Of a DNA stretch of 64,000 nucleotides, positions 57,373 to 64,000 are shown one piece after another. The notes beneath the pieces were generated by a model. That model did not search any database, was not told the origin of the DNA, and saw nothing but the letters and a program-made list of their open reading frames with translations. This DNA comes from an uncultured delta proteobacterium. Lineage in GTDB: Bacteria; Desulfobacterota; Binatia; UBA9968. The stretch is from positions 64,001 through 128,000 of the forward strand of contig CAWJBB010000030.1 in assembly GCA_963840855.1 (NCBI GenBank), read 5' to 3'. The position numbers and the translations under genes were made by a program. Positions within the stretch are counted from its first letter, which is position 1, and every line of letters begins with the position of its first letter.

Positions 57373-58140
57373 CTACTTTGGATCCTTTAGGTGAAAATCC
57401 ACCGGGATATTCACCCAGCTCTCGGTGGGCGTGTCACCACGGTGCGCCGGATGAAATCGCCAGCGCCGGATCGCCTCGGCGGCCGCGCGGTCCAAAGCAT
57501 CGCTCCCGGAACTATTATTGATCTCGACGGATTTTGCTCGGCCTTGATCGTCCACTAGAACGCGCAGGAGCACCCGCCCTTCACGGCCCTCGCGGCGGGC
57601 GCTTTCCGGGTATTGGGGTCTGGGCGTGTCGCGATAGCGCGCTTGAGAGAGAACGACTCCATTGCCCGATGAACCCTGTCCGTTGCCCGGCCCGGAGCCG
57701 ATGCCCGAGGATCCCAAACCATTGCCGCCGGTGCCGCTGTTGCCCGTGCCGAAGCCATGTATACCGTCGCTGGTGAAGCCGGAAATCGCGCCGCCATGCG
57801 TCGCGGCAGAATTTACGCTGGCCGGAACGAACGCAACGTTGCTTTCGCTGGCCTTTGGCGCCGCTTCGGCGGCAAAGGTTTGGGGCTGTGAATCCGCGGT
57901 TGCTTTCGCTTCGACTTTAGGCTGAGCGCTAATCGGGGGGCGCATCGCCGATTGCAAACCACTTCGCGGCGCGGGACTTTTGCTTGCGCCGGGGCCACCG
58001 GCGCTGATCGATTCCTGTTCCATGGGCAGAATCGTCACGTGCATGATCTCACCTTGGCTTTGCCCGCCAAAGGAAACCGGAAAAACTAGCGCGCCGGCGT
58101 GTAAAGCCAGTGATAGAACTAGGAAAGAGACCCATCTCAT
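57373..58140 (-). CDS. tonB: Energy transducer TonB
   Basis: SLALH TM segment, P/G-rich linker, YPESARREGREGRV, SSG..ALDRAA..A..RWRF.PA. Confidence 0.9.
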   Translation of the reverse strand: MRWVSFLVLSLALHAGALVFPVSFGGQSQGEIMHVTILPMEQESISAGGPGASKSPAPRSGLQSAMRPPISAQPKVEAKATADSQPQTFAAEAAPKASESNVAFVPASVNSAATHGGAISGFTSDGIHGFGTGNSGTGGNGLGSSGIGSGPGNGQGSSGNGVVLSQARYRDTPRPQYPESARREGREGRVLLRVLVDDQGRAKSVEINNSSGSDALDRAAAEAIRRWRFHPAHRGDTPTESWVNIPVDFHLKDPK

Positions 58141-58221
58141 GATCGTCGGTCAATGGCCTCGGCAGAATTCGGGAAAGATATCGAAACCTTTCTCTCTTCT
58201 CCGGAGAGGCCGGTCAAGAAT

Positions 58222-58380
58222 GCTCTCGGCAGGTTTCCTGGCTTAGGCTTTTATCTACTCGCCGCGCCTTCCCATCCTTCGATCGTGCTCAGGACAGTGG
58301 CTTGATGGCGGCTTTCGTGGCCATTACAGTGGCGGGACCGCGCCGGATTTTCACCGGACTTCCCTTTGAACCTCGAGCTG
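58222..58380 (-). ncRNA. Cobalamin riboswitch upstream of tonB
   Basis: AAAGGGAAGTCCGGTGAAAATCCGGCGCGGTCCCGCCACTGTAA ... GCCACTG ... TGGGAAGG ... AAGCCAGGAAACCTGCC; canonical. Confidence 0.95.
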
Positions 58381-58392
58381 AGTGTAAGCGAA

Positions 58393-58419
58393 ATTATAAT
58401 GCGAAAGGTTTACTGTCAA
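58393..58419 (-). promoter_or_regulatory. Putative sigma70 promoter of the B12 regulon
   Basis: TTGACA-N15-TATAAT (or N17-TAATTT) directly before the riboswitch. Confidence 0.55.
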
Positions 58420-58468
58420 GCGATTATTTTCTCGTGATGGGTCCTGATGTCGTGCCGCCCTCGGGCCG

Positions 58469-58732
58469 TTAGAGAATCAACCAAAAAACCATGGGGATCG
58501 TCACCACGGATATCAAAGTGCTCAGAACTACGATGGAAGCGGCTAGCTCGAGGTCCTGGGACGCGACCTTATACAGGCGATAGCCGAGGCTCACAAGCAT
58601 CAGTGAGATGATTGCTTGGCCTAGCATAGCCAGGCGGCTGAAAAAGCAGTGCCGGAATACTCGTCGAAATAGATTGGTGCCGAGCCCGCGATGGACGCGT
58701 AGATGAACGGCAGGCGAAAAACTTTCTTCCAA
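58469..58732 (-). pseudogene. Remnant of an AEC (auxin efflux carrier) family transporter
   Basis: LGQAIISLMLVSLG..L is joined directly to ELAASIVVLSTLISVVTIP; the intervening TM helices and the N-terminal half are missing. Confidence 0.6.
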
Positions 58733-59437
58733 TTACAAAGACGCAAACAACGTAAAGCTCAGGGCTTCGCTGATCTCGATGAGCGCGCCGCAATTGGCCA
58801 GCGAGATGCCGCCTTCGCGGCGCTGCAGGAAGCTGCGCGCGAGGAGAGCGAAAAGAGAGAGACATAAAGCAACCCAAAGCGTTGACGCGCCGGCGATATA
58901 AAAACCAAAGCCCAGGCTCATAACGGTGGCAGCGACCAGATGCCAAGACCGCGTGCTTTCAGCGACCCGCCGCACGGCATCATCAGCGACAGTGGTAGAA
59001 CCGAATAGGAAAAGCACCAGGGACCAACGCGCCAATAGCGGGGTAAGCAAGAGACTGAACGCGCGGCTCTCGCCAATGGCTTCAATCGAGTGAACCTTGA
59101 AGAAGACAACCAACAACACCGCGATTAGCCCGTAGATATGCCAGTGATCAACGGAGTTCGAGGGCGAGGTTGTTTTCGGCAAAGTATTGAAAGTTTCTTG
59201 GGTTCCGGCCAAATGATGCCCGCCAGTGGCCAAGATGAGGATCATTAGCAGGACCAATGCGAGAATTTCGGTTGATAGATAGGGCGCTATTACACGGTTG
59301 ACGACTACTAGGACGAGCCCCAAGAGAAGCCCAGCTAAGGGGAAGCACAAAACACCCAGGCCCGCCCGTCTAGCATCAGGTTTGCTCGCGTCGCTGGCCA
59401 ACGTCAAGAACCTGAACGCGGCCGAAAAGCTTAACAT
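58733..59437 (-). CDS. Divergent CobS-like membrane protein
   Basis: AFRFLT, FPLAGLLLG, ATGGHHLAGTQETFN, LARW, GGISLANCGALIE; full CobS-like topology but degenerate motifs. Confidence 0.75.
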   Translation of the reverse strand: MLSFSAAFRFLTLASDASKPDARRAGLGVLCFPLAGLLLGLVLVVVNRVIAPYLSTEILALVLLMILILATGGHHLAGTQETFNTLPKTTSPSNSVDHWHIYGLIAVLLVVFFKVHSIEAIGESRAFSLLLTPLLARWSLVLFLFGSTTVADDAVRRVAESTRSWHLVAATVMSLGFGFYIAGASTLWVALCLSLFALLARSFLQRREGGISLANCGALIEISEALSFTLFASL

Positions 59438-59568
59438 CGTATCTTTTTCCCTTAGACCCCTCTGGCTGTCAATACAGTCAGATTATCGAGGTATTTCCCG
59501 TGCGAGATTAAGAGTCCGCGAAAAGGTTCTTCCGTAGCAAATTTTTCACCGCAAAATCCCCTATTTAG

Positions 59569-62109
<2,541 letters not shown>

Positions 62110-62121
62110 ACACAAATAAAT

Positions 62122-62201
62122 GTTCCAAACGTTCAAGCGATCAACACGTGCAAGCCGTTGATAACGTTTTGAACTGTTTGAACGGCTTTAACGATTTGAA
62201 C
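62122..62201. repeat. Inverted 9-nt-period GTTCAA/TTGAAC array between gyrB and gyrA
   Basis: gttccaaac gttcaag ... ttttgaact gtttgaacg gctttaacg atttgaac. Confidence 0.75.
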
Positions 62202-62215
62202 TCCTCCCAAGCGTT

Positions 62216-64000
62216 ATGGAAGCATCGCTAAAATCACAAAAGATCCCAGTCTATATCGAAGACGAGATGCGCCAGTCCTTTATGGACTACGCCATGAGCG
62301 TCATCATCAGCCGGGCGCTGCCCGATGTGCGCGACGGCCTCAAGCCGGTGCACCGCCGGGTGCTCTACGCCATGTACGACGCGGGCAATACCCCAGACCG
62401 GCCGTATAAAAAATCCGCCCGCTTGGTCGGCGATATCATGGGTAAGTATCATCCCCACGGCGACACGGCGATTTACGATACCATCGTGCGCATGGCGCAG
62501 GATTTTAACCTGCGCTACCCATTAGTCGACGGCCAGGGAAATTTTGGTTCCATCGATGGCGATAACGCCGCGGCGATGCGCTACACCGAAATTCGCATGA
62601 CCCCGCTGGCGGAGGAAATGCTCGCCGATATTGATAAGGAAACCGTCGATTTCAACGCCAACTACGATGACTCGCTCAAAGAACCTGCGGTCCTGCCGTC
62701 GCGCATCCCCAACCTTCTTGTCAACGGTTCCGCAGGGATCGCCGTCGGCATGGCGACCAATATTCCGCCGCACAATTTGCGCGAGATCATCGATGGTTTG
62801 GTGGAGCTGATTGAAAATCCCGATATCACCATCCGGCAGTTGATGAAACATATCCCAGGCCCGGATTTTCCTACCGCCGGATTCATTCACGGCAAAGAGC
62901 CCATCGTGCAGGCGTATACTGAGGGTAAAGGCATTGTTCAGATGCGCGGCAAAGCCTTCATCGAAACGGTAAAGCGCACGGGCAAAGAACAGATCATCAT
63001 CAGCGAAATCCCCTACATGGTGAACAAGAAACGGCTGATCGAGCAGATCGCCGAGCTGGTCAACGAGAAAAAAATAGAAGGGATCGCCGATATCCGAGAT
63101 GAATCCGACCGCGACGGCATGCGCATCGTCGTAGAACTGAAACGGGATACGCTGGCCGATATCGTTATCAACCAGCTTTACAAGCACACGGGACTCCAGG
63201 ACTCCTTCGGCATCAACATGCTCGCTATCGTCGACGGCCGGCCCAAGATTCTCAATCTCAAAGAAGCTCTGAAGTGCTTTATCGACCACCGTCGGGAAGT
63301 GGTGACCCGGCGTACCGCTTACGATCTGCGCAAGGCGGAAGAGCGGCTGCATATTTTAGACGGCTTGCGCATCGCGCTGGATAACTTGGACGCCGTTATC
63401 ACGTTGATCCGCAATTCCCAGGACCCCAAAGTGGCCAAGGACGGTTTGATGGCCAATTTCGGCTTGAGCGAAATTCAGGCGCAGGCAATCCTGGATATGC
63501 GCTTGCAGAGGTTGACGGGCCTGGAGCGCGATAAGATTTTGCAGGAGCACCGGGAAACTGTCGAGGTGATCGCAAAACTGCGCGCCATCCTGGCGGATGA
63601 GAAGGAAATCTACAAAATCATCGTCGACGAATTGAAGGAGATCAAGAAAAACTACGGTGATGAGCGGCGCACGCAGATCGTCAACCGGGCCGAAGACATC
63701 TCCATCGAAGATCTCATCGTCGACGAAGACATGGCGGTGACGATCTCCCACGAGGGCTATATCAAGCGCAACGCCGTGAGCCTCTACCGCGCGCAGCGGC
63801 GCGGCGGCAAGGGAAAAATCGGCACCACCACCAGGGAAGAGGACTTTGTCGAGTATCTGTTTATCGCGTCGATGCACTCCTACATCTTGTTCTTCACGAC
63901 CATCGGCAAGGTCTACTTGATCAAAGTTCACGAACTGCCCCAGGCGAGCCGCGCGGCCCGCGGCAAGCCCATCGTCAATCTGCTAAGCCTTGAGCCGGGG
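62216..64000 (+). CDS. gyrA: DNA gyrase subunit A (runs off window)
   Basis: Translated by hand from ATG 62216: [42 protein letters not shown], GyrA-box QRRGGKG. Confidence 0.99.
   Translation, partial: MEASLKSQKIPVYIEDEMRQSFMDYAMSVIISRALPDVRDGLKPVHRRVLYAMYDAGNTPDRPYKKSARLVGDIMGKYHPHGDTAIYDTIVRMAQDFNLRYPLVDGQGNFGSIDGDNAAAMRYTEIRMTPLAEEMLADIDKETVDFNANYDDSLKEPAVLPSRIPNLLVNGSAGIAVGMATNIPPHNLREIIDGLVELIENPDITIRQLMKHIPGPDFPTAGFIHGKEPIVQAYTEGKGIVQMRGKAFIETVKRTGKEQIIISEIPYMVNKKRLIEQIAELVNEKKIEGIADIRDESDRDGMRIVVELKRDTLADIVINQLYKHTGLQDSFGINMLAIVDGRPKILNLKEALKCFIDHRREVVTRRTAYDLRKAEERLHILDGLRIALDNLDAVITLIRNSQDPKVAKDGLMANFGLSEIQAQAILDMRLQRLTGLERDKILQEHRETVEVIAKLRAILADEKEIYKIIVDELKEIKKNYGDERRTQIVNRAEDISIEDLIVDEDMAVTISHEGYIKRNAVSLYRAQRRGGKGKIGTTTREEDFVEYLFIASMHSYILFFTTIGKVYLIKVHELPQASRAARGKPIVNLLSLEPG

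Noticed and set aside
62440-62490. Quinolone-resistance substitution in GyrA (HGDTAIYD)
   Set aside because: Thr at the Ser83-equivalent position is wild type in many taxa such as Pseudomonas; not evidence of acquired resistance.

Overview
A GC-rich (about 58-60% by eye) bacterial chromosome segment. Gene content and intergenic repeat style suggest an uncultured deltaproteobacterial lineage such as Candidatus Binatia; this is an inference, not a search result. I could not support any rRNA, tRNA, CRISPR array, prophage or transposase. Main blocks: (i) 1-19 kb mixed housekeeping and metabolic genes (divergent YchF, DegQ, RibBX, PanE, a diheme cytochrome c with a non-canonical CXCH motif, MoxR, MltG, GlgP, NUDIX); (ii) a Tat-exported PaoABC-like molybdoenzyme; (iii) a stand-alone DnaB-type ATPase, a decayed PIN gene, an Sfp PPTase and an orphan FliK-like/FlhB-C pair; (iv) the most interesting block, a likely MarR-controlled operon (27.9-34.6 kb) encoding a CCG/Fe-S oxidoreductase, a variant nucleoside phosphorylase, an MtnA-like isomerase with a duplicated domain, a class II aldolase-SCP2 fusion and an acyl-CoA ligase, which reads as an extended DHAP-shunt-like pathway for an unknown, probably hydrophobic, nucleoside; (v) BepA-like, truncated LonC-like and HtrA proteases, plus an acyl-CoA dehydrogenase cluster with a non-decarboxylating-type glutaryl-CoA dehydrogenase; (vi) a 14-kb corrinoid uptake and salvage/remodelling regulon with two cobalamin riboswitches, one interrupted by a 76-nt repeat hairpin; (vii) gyrB-gyrA. 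About nine genes carry 1-nt frameshifts in otherwise intact sequence, most likely long-read consensus errors. All family assignments come from motif recognition, not database searches.
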